Translations under genes and position numbers: made by a program
Part shown: in pieces, positions 50,190 to 58,374 of the stretch
How positions within the stretch are numbered: the stretch's first letter is position 1
Layout of the letters: the number at the start of each line of letters is the position of its first letter
Notes under the pieces: generated by a model
What the model was told of the DNA's origin: nothing
Databases searched by the model: none
Seen by the model: only the letters and a program-made list of their open reading frames with translations
Source: Oscillospiraceae bacterium
GTDB lineage: Bacteria > Bacillota > Clostridia > Oscillospirales > Acutalibacteraceae
Direction: 5' to 3'
NCBI GenBank assembly: GCA_015066565.1
Contig: SVOB01000003.1
Coordinates: 2,291-66,290, forward strand
DNA: 64,000 nucleotides

Positions 50190-52619
50190 ATGGATTATAA
50201 AATTCACATTGCGTTCGGATTTCACGTCAACTGTTATCACTCTTACAGGGGCGACACGAATGACGAACAGGGCTTCGGCTCAGACTTAAGAATAATTCGC
50301 AAAATCATAGAAACGCTCGACAGGTTAAACAGAGAGGGAATTCCCGTCAAAGGCACCTGGGACAGCGAAAACTTTTTCTCGCTTGAGCAAATCCTGCCCG
50401 AGTATGCGCCCGATATAATTGAGGGAATGAAGCGTAGGGCCAACGAGAACGGCGACGAAAATATAATAATGGGCTATTCAAACGGCGCTCTTTCGGCTAT
50501 GCAGGAGGACGAGCTTGAGGCTTCAATTAAGCTTGCAGTAAAAAATGAACAGAAATCGGGACTTGAGGATATTTTCGGCAGGTGTGAAATGATAGTCAGA
50601 CCTCAGGAGGTAATGTTTACGCCGTCTCAGGTCCATACCTATAACAAGCTCGGCGTTAAGGCGCTTTGCCTTTATTATTCGTGCGTTCCGTTTGACGCTT
50701 TTAAAACGCTTATTCCTCTTCTTGACGACGAAAAGGCGTTCAATCCGCTGACCTTTGAATATAAGGGCGAGGGACTGACGGTAATTCCGACCTATTCAAA
50801 CGCCGATATCTGCGACGCAGGCTGTCTGAGGGCGTGGGTTAAGGATTTAAGGAAAAAACAGGTTTCCGGTGAAATAAAAAACGACCTGTTCCTGTTTGTG
50901 AATATGGACGCGGACGCGATTTTCTGGGAGTCGCTGAATTTACCCGTAATCGGCAACAGAATAGCAAATACCGACGGAATAAACGGGCTTGTCCGTGAGA
51001 TAGCCGACCTTGATTTTATCGTGTTCGACACTCCCGGCGGCTATCTTAAAAATCATAAGCCCGTCGGTAAAATTCAGTTTACTCAGGACACCGCCGACGG
51101 AAATTTCACGGGTTACGCCTCGTGGGCTGAAAAGCCTTATAACCGAAAAATCTGGACTGCGATTGAACGAAGCAGAACGGCGGGAAGAATAAATAAAAAC
51201 AGCGAAGATTTTTTGAACAGGGTTAAGCTTCTTTCGACAACCCATTTCGGACTTGCAACGCCCGTTCTTAATATTCAGCGTGAAGAAGCGGCGAACGCGC
51301 TTTCTCAAAAACTGATTAAAGCGTCAACGGATAAAAACGGTAAGCTTATTATCCATAACACCGCCAAAAGCCGTCTTCAGTGTTTACAGCTTTCCTGCAA
51401 GACGAACAGCGGTATCGTTATTTCTGCCGACGGGCTTGAAAAACAGACGGTTGTCCCTCTGGGCGATAACAGCGTGTTTGTAATGCTTCGTTTTTCCGAA
51501 ATTAAGGACGAATATGAGATAACGGCAACCGAATGTGAGAACACTGACATATCGGACGAGAGATTTCTTGAAAGCGGAAAAGCAAAGCTGACCGTGGAAA
51601 ATGACTGCATAGCTCTCTTTTACGACGGCGAACTGCTCGGTGAATTAAGTACATATATTACATACGAAGATTGGCCTTGGGTTTTTAATACTGAAGAAAT
51701 TTACCGCGTCGCCGTTACGGGCGGAAAATGTATCGAGGCGAGAGGAAGAATCAATCTTCCGAATGAAATTGAGGCAGGCTCGTTCAGTTATAGGTTTTTC
51801 ACTGCCGACGCGGTTGAGGGCATATTCGTCATAACCGACGTGAAATATCCTTACACACCAGAAAAAGACGCAATTTCAACCGAAAACTCAACTCTCGGAA
51901 GATATACCGATATGAAGTGGAGTGAAGCGGTGCCCTTCGGTATTACGTTTAAAAACGGGGGCGAGGTTTCGGTTATAAAACGGAACTTCGAGGGCGATAT
52001 TTCAACGTTCAGAACCGCGTCATACGGCGAGGCGGACGAGAAAAACAAAGCGCTTGACTCCTTTAACAACCAGCTTACTGCCGGACTTGTCGGACTTAAG
52101 GATGAGAAAAGGGGACTGCTCGTTTTCAACGCGAGAAATGTTCTTTCATCTATGGCGTTTTGCCCGATGAGGTTATACGAAGACGGCTCGGTAACAATGA
52201 ATCCCTTCGGAACGTTTTTCGGAAAACAACGTCATCACAATAATCGCTCGGGCGACAGGATTCCGCTGACCTACACCCTTATTGCGCCCCAGGGAAAAAG
52301 CCTTGCGCCGTCTTATAACGGAAGCCGTGAAAGTGCAGTTATCTGCCTTTTGCCGTTTGAAAAAGAAATGCCCAAGGACGAAAAGCTTAACGAGCTTCTC
52401 GCTTTCTCGGACGGAGCTTTCGCCACGGGAAGCGACAGGTTGCTTTCGCCGTTTGAGGACGAAAACGTTTCTGTCCGTAAGGTTGATAAAAAGCCCGAAA
52501 ACGTCAAAATCCATTCGCCGCTGATGAGTTCATTCAAGGGAAACCTCGGAAAATACATTGTCAGGGGAACAAGGGCTTTAAGCTATATTATCCGCCGTCA
52601 GAAAAAGGCGAAAAAATAA
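50190..52619 (+). CDS. Large hypothetical protein, possibly a glycoside-hydrolase-like (beta/alpha)7 barrel enzyme
   Basis: 809-aa ORF. N-terminal HIAFGFHVNCYHSYRGD is reminiscent of GH57/GH38-type barrels, but this is not secure. Confidence 0.4.
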   Translation: MDYKIHIAFGFHVNCYHSYRGDTNDEQGFGSDLRIIRKIIETLDRLNREGIPVKGTWDSENFFSLEQILPEYAPDIIEGMKRRANENGDENIIMGYSNGALSAMQEDELEASIKLAVKNEQKSGLEDIFGRCEMIVRPQEVMFTPSQVHTYNKLGVKALCLYYSCVPFDAFKTLIPLLDDEKAFNPLTFEYKGEGLTVIPTYSNADICDAGCLRAWVKDLRKKQVSGEIKNDLFLFVNMDADAIFWESLNLPVIGNRIANTDGINGLVREIADLDFIVFDTPGGYLKNHKPVGKIQFTQDTADGNFTGYASWAEKPYNRKIWTAIERSRTAGRINKNSEDFLNRVKLLSTTHFGLATPVLNIQREEAANALSQKLIKASTDKNGKLIIHNTAKSRLQCLQLSCKTNSGIVISADGLEKQTVVPLGDNSVFVMLRFSEIKDEYEITATECENTDISDERFLESGKAKLTVENDCIALFYDGELLGELSTYITYEDWPWVFNTEEIYRVAVTGGKCIEARGRINLPNEIEAGSFSYRFFTADAVEGIFVITDVKYPYTPEKDAISTENSTLGRYTDMKWSEAVPFGITFKNGGEVSVIKRNFEGDISTFRTASYGEADEKNKALDSFNNQLTAGLVGLKDEKRGLLVFNARNVLSSMAFCPMRLYEDGSVTMNPFGTFFGKQRHHNNRSGDRIPLTYTLIAPQGKSLAPSYNGSRESAVICLLPFEKEMPKDEKLNELLAFSDGAFATGSDRLLSPFEDENVSVRKVDKKPENVKIHSPLMSSFKGNLGKYIVRGTRALSYIIRRQKKAKK

Positions 52620-52666
52620 AAACAGAGCATCAAAATCGCTTTTCAGCTTTTTTGATGCTCTTTATT
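52619..52666. terminator. Bidirectional terminator that is also copy I of the TTGATGCT repeat family
   Basis: AGAGCATCAAAA-14 nt-TTTTGATGCTCT; about 40/46 identical to 57175-57222. Confidence 0.8.
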
Positions 52667-52702
52667 CTCTGTTATGAAACGGCTTGTTAAACCAATCCGA
52701 AG

Positions 52703-54514
52703 CTATTTATAAAGCAACGGCATTTCTGTCATTCTTAGCTTTGCGCAGCCGTAAGGGCAAAGTTCGATTTCCTGAATTTCGCTTATCGGCGCTCTCGATT
52801 TAGGCGTTTTTCTTGCGATAGTTCTGTAAGGGAATTTAAGTCCCCATTCAATCTGTTGCATTTTAGCCTTTACCGTTACGGGCGGATGGCTCTGTGAAAA
52901 CGGAATGTCGCCCGAGCCGTGCCAACCGACTTCAAAGCTATTGCTTGAAAAGCCGTAATTCCAGGGTGTTTTGGGGATGAACTGATAGTCACAGTAAGGG
53001 TACTTGCGTTCAATGCCTCTTTTTGTATATTCGCGCATCTGCTTTTCAAAAGAAACGGGAACTGAGAAAAGCAGCGAACCCATTTGTAAAGCATAAAGGT
53101 CGTCAGGCCTTTTTTTAAGATACGGAGCCGTTTCAAAAACCACTTCGATTTCTGCTTTACCCGCGCGGATTGAAAATTCAAGGTCTTTTGTATCGGTAAT
53201 TTCGCCGTTGACCCTCAGATTTTTTGCAAAAGACGGAATACGGATTTTAAAAGTAAAATCCTTTTTTGCGTCTATGTAATAATTCATTTTATTATTGAAC
53301 GGATAATCAGTTTCAAGCCTTATTGAAAAGTCCTTATCAGTCAGAACAGAAGGCAGCATAACTGAATTTATGACGGAATTGTCCTTGTGCATAAATGCCG
53401 AAAGCGCAAATTTAGGCCAGCCCTGATTGAAATTTGCGGTACAGCAACCGAAATTCGGCTCAAGACCGAAGGTGTTAGCATAAGGGCCGTTAGTACTCCA
53501 CGGCGCCATAAGCATTGTTTTCTGACAGGCAATCTGATTTACCTGCTGAACATACTGGTGAGTCCACATATCCTCGCTGAGAGTTGCGGGAAGGGCATTG
53601 AAGCCGAGAACTTCAAGCCGTTGCGCCCATTTATTATCGCCGGTACGGGCAAACAACTCTTCGTAGGAATACATCTGCTCCACTATTGCGCAACATTCGG
53701 TGCCCCTTGTAGGGTCAAGTCCCGAAAGCACCTCGTCGCCCGTAAAGCCTTCAAAAGCGGTTCCATTATAACGGTCAAGTATTTCGCGAAGTTTTTCCGC
53801 CATATCGGTATATTCTTCACCCAGCAATTCGTGGGAAACCGCTTCGCTTTTCAGCATCATGGCAATATTTACTATATGCGTTTTGAACCGCCACATATGG
53901 CTCGGCTTTTTCCATTTTTCTGTCGCAGAATTGTAATCAAACCCCTGCTCTTTTATTATTTTTGCAAGGTCTTTTATCCACTCCTCATTATATCTTTCAT
54001 ATAAGAAATTGAGTGAGATAAAGGTTTCAAACCATCTGAATTTTGCCCATCCGAAGAGCCTGATTTCGCCTTTTTTGAGCAGTTCGTAATAGTTTTTAAG
54101 CACCCTGTAAATTACATCGGGTATTCTTTCATCTCCCGAGCAATCGTAGTAAACCTTCAGGGTCTTACAAATAAGCTCAATTGCCCAGGTGTCATATCTT
54201 TCTCTTTTCTCTTTCGGGCAGGGACAAATCCAGCCGTCCTCCTCCTGAGCGTCAATGATGGCGTCAATATATTTTTTTACTGTAGCAATCATATCTTCCC
54301 GTTCAAGAAGATAAGCAAGAGGAATAAAACCGTCAAGCCAGTAAGGAACTCTTTCCCAGCCCTCACGCTCACCGCCTATCCATTTGCTGTCACGGATATC
54401 GGGCCATACCTTATGAAGATTACCGCTTAAACCCTCCGCCTGAATAACAAGCTGACGCTTAAGCCAGCCCTCGGGCTTTATTTCTTTTGATGTATAAAAT
54501 TTCCATTTATCCAT
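52703..54514 (-). CDS. DUF1680/GH127-family beta-L-arabinofuranosidase-like glycoside hydrolase
   Basis: WLKRQL..QAEGL...WERVPYWLDGFIPLAYLL N-terminus and the FGCCTANFNQGWPKF Cys-Cys motif. Confidence 0.6.
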   Translation of the reverse strand: MDKWKFYTSKEIKPEGWLKRQLVIQAEGLSGNLHKVWPDIRDSKWIGGEREGWERVPYWLDGFIPLAYLLEREDMIATVKKYIDAIIDAQEEDGWICPCPKEKRERYDTWAIELICKTLKVYYDCSGDERIPDVIYRVLKNYYELLKKGEIRLFGWAKFRWFETFISLNFLYERYNEEWIKDLAKIIKEQGFDYNSATEKWKKPSHMWRFKTHIVNIAMMLKSEAVSHELLGEEYTDMAEKLREILDRYNGTAFEGFTGDEVLSGLDPTRGTECCAIVEQMYSYEELFARTGDNKWAQRLEVLGFNALPATLSEDMWTHQYVQQVNQIACQKTMLMAPWSTNGPYANTFGLEPNFGCCTANFNQGWPKFALSAFMHKDNSVINSVMLPSVLTDKDFSIRLETDYPFNNKMNYYIDAKKDFTFKIRIPSFAKNLRVNGEITDTKDLEFSIRAGKAEIEVVFETAPYLKKRPDDLYALQMGSLLFSVPVSFEKQMREYTKRGIERKYPYCDYQFIPKTPWNYGFSSNSFEVGWHGSGDIPFSQSHPPVTVKAKMQQIEWGLKFPYRTIARKTPKSRAPISEIQEIELCPYGCAKLRMTEMPLLYK

Positions 54515-54920
54515 TTTATCACCTTTTTATTTCGGATTTGTTCAAGCGTCATTCAACTTTCAACTGCTAAAAAATCATACGGCTTCATCTGCGACTTCCT
54601 GCGGCTTTTCAATTAAATCAACGCCCTTTCTGACAAGGAAATACAGGGGAATCAACGCCAGCACGGCAACTGCGCCCGCCCATAAAGCAGAACAGGAAAA
54701 TAATAAACCGGTTTTTCTTTATTATACAGTAACCGAGCGTTCAATACAACAAAAAAATCACCGGCATAATCCGGTGATGCAACGGGAATTCTTTTTATTT
54801 GTGCGGAATAAGTACCGATACTGAAAAACGCTGTTGAATAAATGATTACAATTAAACAATATTTAAATTTGCTTTAGATTTTTTAGGGGTATAGATTTAG
54901 ATGTACCGTTTTAAAAAAAC

Positions 54921-54992
54921 CCTGAAAGCCCTTGATGCTTTTTTGATGCTCTTGAATAATTTACTATAATTATTGCTTTTGATGCTTTTTTG
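54921..54992 (+). repeat. TTGATGCT repeat family, copy II (contains promoter-like TTGATG-16-TATAAT at 54943-54970)
   Basis: Collinear with 57127-57144 plus 57197-57252; three TTGATGCT octamers. Confidence 0.8.
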
Positions 54993-55198
54993 CCGCTATT
55001 TCGGAAACGAGTAAAGTTATTTCTATGACAGTATTTATTAAAGAGGCTGAGAGTGATGAAACATTCTATAGCTATAAATGGGCTGAATAACAGCAATAAA
55101 ATCTGACACGGTTAAAGATTTTCAGAGGATTTGAAAACAAGCAAAAGATGTGTTAATATTTAAACGATATTTTAATTTGTTTCAGGGAGACAGTGAAA

Positions 55199-55822
55199 AT
55201 GAAAAAGGTTCTTGTCGGAGTTATCGTGCTGAGTGTGGCAATACTCATATTTATAAAACTCAATGTCGGCAGTTCAAACAGGAGTGTGCCCGGAATTCCC
55301 GCGCCGACACAGACTGCGGCAACAGGCAGCACTTCATTTGAAAAGGACGGCTATAAGATTACGATTGATTATAAAGCGGCATATACGGTAGAGGCGCTTG
55401 TGCTCAGCAGCCGAAAATACAGCCCGATAGATATCGACGGCAAGCTTATGCCAAAGGATGTGGCATTAGGGTGGGGTACTGTTGCCGAATATAACGACAG
55501 AATAAATTTTCATTGGCGGCAAAGCGGCAGATGGTATTTCTGGAAGGTAAACAGTTATTCCGAGCTTTCGCCTGTCGGCAACGAATCGGATGTCGGCAGA
55601 CAGTCTGCAAACAATCATCTTGTTCCGTCAAATGACGAAATCAGAAAACAGATTGCAAAAATAAAAACCGGCGACCATGTCATAATAACCGGCTACCTTG
55701 TCGATATCAGGGCGGAAAAAGATAACGGTGACTATAAAATCTGGAAAACAAGTACCTCGCGCGAGGATGTGGGAGGCGGCTCGTGTGAAATAATATATGT
55801 TACGGGAATTCAAATTCTTTAA
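55199..55822 (+). CDS. Membrane-anchored hypothetical protein
   Basis: N-terminal TM anchor then about 170-aa domain ending STSREDVGGGSCEIIYV. ATG 55199 lies 9 nt after GGGAG. Confidence 0.5.
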   Translation: MKKVLVGVIVLSVAILIFIKLNVGSSNRSVPGIPAPTQTAATGSTSFEKDGYKITIDYKAAYTVEALVLSSRKYSPIDIDGKLMPKDVALGWGTVAEYNDRINFHWRQSGRWYFWKVNSYSELSPVGNESDVGRQSANNHLVPSNDEIRKQIAKIKTGDHVIITGYLVDIRAEKDNGDYKIWKTSTSREDVGGGSCEIIYVTGIQIL

Positions 55823-55827
55823 CTAAC

Positions 55828-55870
55828 GATTTTGAGGGGATTTGAAAAAGCGTGATGCTTTTATGATGCT
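55828..55870 (+). repeat. TTGATGCT repeat family, copy III (degenerate)
   Basis: GATTTTGAGGGGATTTGAAAAAGCGTGATGCTTTTATGATGCT. Confidence 0.6.
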
Positions 55871-55968
55871 GTACGGTCCGAATTCGTCGGATTATTGACC
55901 ACAAAACGGGCAATTTTCAATAAATCCAGTCGGAAAAGATGCTTGAATAATTGATGCTCAAAACAACG

Positions 55969-56011
55969 AAAAAAGCCTTGAAACGCAGTCGTTTCAAGGC
56001 TTAGCTTTTTT
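55969..56011. terminator. Bidirectional terminator
   Basis: GCCTTGAAAC-gcagtc-GTTTCAAGGC flanked by A and T runs. Confidence 0.85.
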
Positions 56012-56602
56012 ATTCTTTATTTTTATGATTGCAATAATTATGGTTACGACTATGACCGGAAGAAAAATACCGATGAATTCGGTAACTGCATTTTCTTTCG
56101 CAGTTGGATTTGTTCTTATGTATTCGGGAACAAGAGTAAAGGCCTTTTTGAAATCGATTAAAACACCTTGTACTTTTAAGCCTTTTTGAATAACCACAGC
56201 CTTTGAAAGCCAGAGCGTGACGGCAAGATTTAGTACTGTAATAACGGCAGATATGACAAGTCCTTTGAGTGATATTTCAAAACTGCTGTTTTTAGGGTTT
56301 GAAAAGCCTGTAAACACAGCGGCAATATAATAGAACCATAAAACAGAGATACCGAAAATAATTACCGGATGCTTACTGAAGGATAAACTAATAAAACAAA
56401 TCGCACACGGTATAATACTTGATATAATTGCGGCGACGGTTCCCCTTAATACCCTTTTGCCGTTTAATTTGCTGTTGTCGGCCGGGTTTGGAATATTATG
56501 ATTTGAGCTTTTTTTTGGGGATATAATCTTTGCGCCGCAATATGGACAAACGGATAAAGAGTTGTTATTAGTAAACTCTTTATTGCATTCGGGACAAATC
56601 AT
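55994..56602 (-). CDS. Zinc-ribbon membrane protein, unknown function
   Basis: CPECN...CPYCG ribbon followed by about 5 TM segments. Confidence 0.5.
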   Translation of the reverse strand: MICPECNKEFTNNNSLSVCPYCGAKIISPKKSSNHNIPNPADNSKLNGKRVLRGTVAAIISSIIPCAICFISLSFSKHPVIIFGISVLWFYYIAAVFTGFSNPKNSSFEISLKGLVISAVITVLNLAVTLWLSKAVVIQKGLKVQGVLIDFKKAFTLVPEYIRTNPTAKENAVTEFIGIFLPVIVVTIIIAIIKIKNKKAKP

Positions 56603-56737
56603 AAGTGTACTCCTAATTATACAATAGATATAGAAATTTTATACCTACGCACTAAAAAAGTCAACAATCGGATTTCAGGGAGTTCATCTATAACTCGAAA
56701 AACGTGATCAGTTATCTGCCTGATTTCGCTTTTTACG

Positions 56738-56754
56738 GGGGCAGAAGGACTTGA
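56738..56754 (-). repeat. 17-nt copy of the tRNA-Trp T-loop/acceptor 3' segment
   Basis: GGGGCAGAAGGACTTGA, identical to 57074-57090. Confidence 0.75.
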
Positions 56755-56788
56755 CAAAGAATTGTTTACACAATTCTTTGGGTGCTCG
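56747..56788 (+). repeat. Hairpin repeat, copy 1
   Basis: GGACTTGA-CAAAGAATTG-tttaca-CAATTCTTTG-GGTGCTCG; near-identical to 56891-56931. Confidence 0.8.
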
Positions 56789-56801
56789 TCGACCGAAACA
56801 G

Positions 56802-56851
56802 CCTCCCTTGTGCAAAGGGAGGTGGCAGCCGTCAGGCTGACGGAGGGATTG
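56802..56851 (+). repeat. Solo family B (DUF559-element) arm
   Basis: CCTCCCTTGTGCAAAGGGAGG-TGGCAGCCGTCAGGCTGACGG-AGGGATTG matches the arms at 39161-39207 and 39557-39604. Confidence 0.7.
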
Positions 56852-56890
56852 TAATAACGCCCTCAACAACTGACATATAAATCCAACCAC

Positions 56891-56931
56891 GGACTTGACA
56901 AAGAATTGTTTCACAATTCTTTGCGTGCTCG
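56891..56931 (+). repeat. Hairpin repeat, copy 2
   Basis: GGACTTGA-CAAAGAATTG-tttca-CAATTCTTTG-CGTGCTCG. Confidence 0.8.
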
Positions 56932-57030
56932 GCTTACGCCTTCGCACATTTGAGCTGAAAACAGTCCACCGAACTGTTTTCTTAACGCTCAAATCCTTCG
57001 GTTCAAGTCCTTCTTAATATTTCATACAAA

Positions 57031-57068
57031 AATAAAGGACGGATACCTTACGGTACCCGTCTTTATTT
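57031..57068 (-). terminator. Terminator immediately 3' of the tRNA-Trp fragment
   Basis: Minus strand: CCA-AAATAAAGACGGGTACC-gtaa-GGTATCCGTCCTTTATTTTT. Confidence 0.7.
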
Positions 57069-57115
57069 TGGCAGGGGCAGAAGGACTTGAACCCTCGGCA
57101 CGCGGTTTTGGAGCG
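57069..57115 (-). pseudogene. Displaced 3' portion of tRNA-Trp(CCA): anticodon loop to CCA end, no 5' half
   Basis: Minus strand reads CGCTCCAAAACCGCGTGCCGAGGGTTCAAGTCCTTCTGCCCCTGCCA. It has the CTCCAAA anticodon loop, T arm GAGGG-TTCAAGT-CCTTC, acceptor TGCCCCT and G-CCA. Upstream sequence cannot form the D arm or the acceptor 5' strand. Confidence 0.75.
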
Positions 57116-57126
57116 ATAATGAAAAG

Positions 57127-57267
57127 CCTGAAAACCCTTGATACTATTGGGATTTAGAGCCTTTTGTGAATATAAAAACAGAGCATCAAAATCGCTTTGA
57201 TGCTTTTTTGATGCTCTTGAAAATTTTACTATAATTGTTGTTTTTGATGCTTTTTTGAGGCTGAGAG
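57127..57267 (+). repeat. TTGATGCT repeat family, copy V (longest; contains promoter-like TTGATG-16-TATAAT at 57208-57235)
   Basis: Three direct TTGATGCT (57197, 57208, 57244), one inverted AGCATCAA (57182) and one variant (57137). Ends with GAGGCTGAGAG, shared with 55043-55053. Confidence 0.8.
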
Positions 57268-57294
57268 ATTTTCTTACCATATATACAAAAAAAT

Positions 57295-58374
57295 CTAAAA
57301 CGCCTCAACCAGTACTTCCCACTCGCCATTACGCTTGCCGTTTTTGCGCCTTATAAGACCTTTTTCTTGCATTTCGTCCATATATCTTTTTACTGTTCTG
57401 TCTGACTTTCCAATAATACCTGCAAGTTGCATTTGTGTAATTTTAGGATTGGTTTTTATAGCATTAACAATAGCCAGTTCCTCCAAAGTGACATTTTGGC
57501 ACTTTGAAATGTCACTTTTGTCACTTTGAATTGCACTTTGGTCAAAATCTATATGCAGATATCTGTTCTTTAGTTCATTGCTACTGCCAAGCAAAAGGTT
57601 CTCAAAGAACAGTTCGAGATACTTTGTTGTGGCAACTATTCCGTTTTTAAGGTTGTTGTAATTTGCTCTTACAAGTGCATTTCTGAAATACCATGAGTTA
57701 TCAGCAAAGATATCATTGCTGACATCAAAACCAAATGACTTAAGGTATTTGATTACAAAAACCGCAGTTGCTCTCGTATTGCCTTCTCCAAAGGGATGAA
57801 TTTGCCAGATGTCCGAAGCAAATTTTGCGATATGCTTAACGGAATCTTTAACGGAAATGCCGGAATAATCAAATCCTTTTTCAACTCCGAAATCGTAGTC
57901 AAGCGTTGCGTTTATACTGTCGAATGAAGCATAGGTTACGGTATCCCCGTTTAACACCCATTCTTTTTTTGTAATGTTGTATGTCCTTATTTTACCGGCA
58001 TGGTCAAATACGCCTTCAAACAGACGACGGTGAATTTCCTTGTATTCAGCGGGAGAAAACTGAAATGTCTTTTCACCGAGCAATGCGGCAATTCTTGCGG
58101 AAACAATATCAGCTTCCTTGGTATTCTGTTCAATCTGCTTGCGACTGTCACTTTGTTGATAGTAACTCTCAATTCGCTTTTGAGCATCGGCAATATTGAT
58201 TTTACCTTCAATATGCTCTTTGGCAGTATCAAGCAGATAGTCAGAGGTTGTCAGCCCGTCAACATCCTGTAACCCGATGGCTGTTTTCCAGGCATCGCTG
58301 CGCTCGGCTTTTGACGGTTCTCCTTGCTTAATATACTCATCCAATTCATTCTGCCAGTATCTGTTTCCGGACAT
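57295..58374 (-). CDS. Fic-family protein with VbhA-like N-terminal region and C-terminal winged HTH
   Basis: Fic motif variant HPFGEGNTRATA (57763-57798). C-terminal KITQMQLAGIIGKSDRTVKRYMDEMQEKGLIRR. Promoter TTGAAG-17-TGGTATAAT on the minus strand at 58412-58440. Confidence 0.85.
   Translation of the reverse strand: MSGNRYWQNELDEYIKQGEPSKAERSDAWKTAIGLQDVDGLTTSDYLLDTAKEHIEGKINIADAQKRIESYYQQSDSRKQIEQNTKEADIVSARIAALLGEKTFQFSPAEYKEIHRRLFEGVFDHAGKIRTYNITKKEWVLNGDTVTYASFDSINATLDYDFGVEKGFDYSGISVKDSVKHIAKFASDIWQIHPFGEGNTRATAVFVIKYLKSFGFDVSNDIFADNSWYFRNALVRANYNNLKNGIVATTKYLELFFENLLLGSSNELKNRYLHIDFDQSAIQSDKSDISKCQNVTLEELAIVNAIKTNPKITQMQLAGIIGKSDRTVKRYMDEMQEKGLIRRKNGKRNGEWEVLVEAF

Noticed and set aside
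55040-55115. 16-codon ORF MKHSIAINGLNNSNKI after GAGGCTGAGAG
   Set aside because: It is too short, its RBS spacing is poor (3 nt), and it lies within repeat-derived sequence.
57069-57145. Possibility that an intact tRNA-Trp gene is present on the minus strand
   Set aside because: The 30 nt 5' of the anticodon loop (AAGGGTTTTCAGGCTTTTCATTATCG) cannot pair with the acceptor 3' strand TGCCCCT or form a D arm. Only the 3' portion is tRNA-like.
52619-57267. TTGATGCT repeats as a CRISPR array
   Set aside because: The repeats are 8-mers with irregular spacing and mixed orientation, separated by whole genes. There is no regular repeat-spacer periodicity and there are no cas genes.
56708-57280. Minus-strand ORFs 56708-56992 and 57014-57280 (and the similar 54911-55096)
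   Set aside because: They run straight through hairpin repeats, a tRNA fragment and a terminator. The shared peptide KKASK..IIV.F/YSRASKKHQ is just the translated TTGATGCT repeat.
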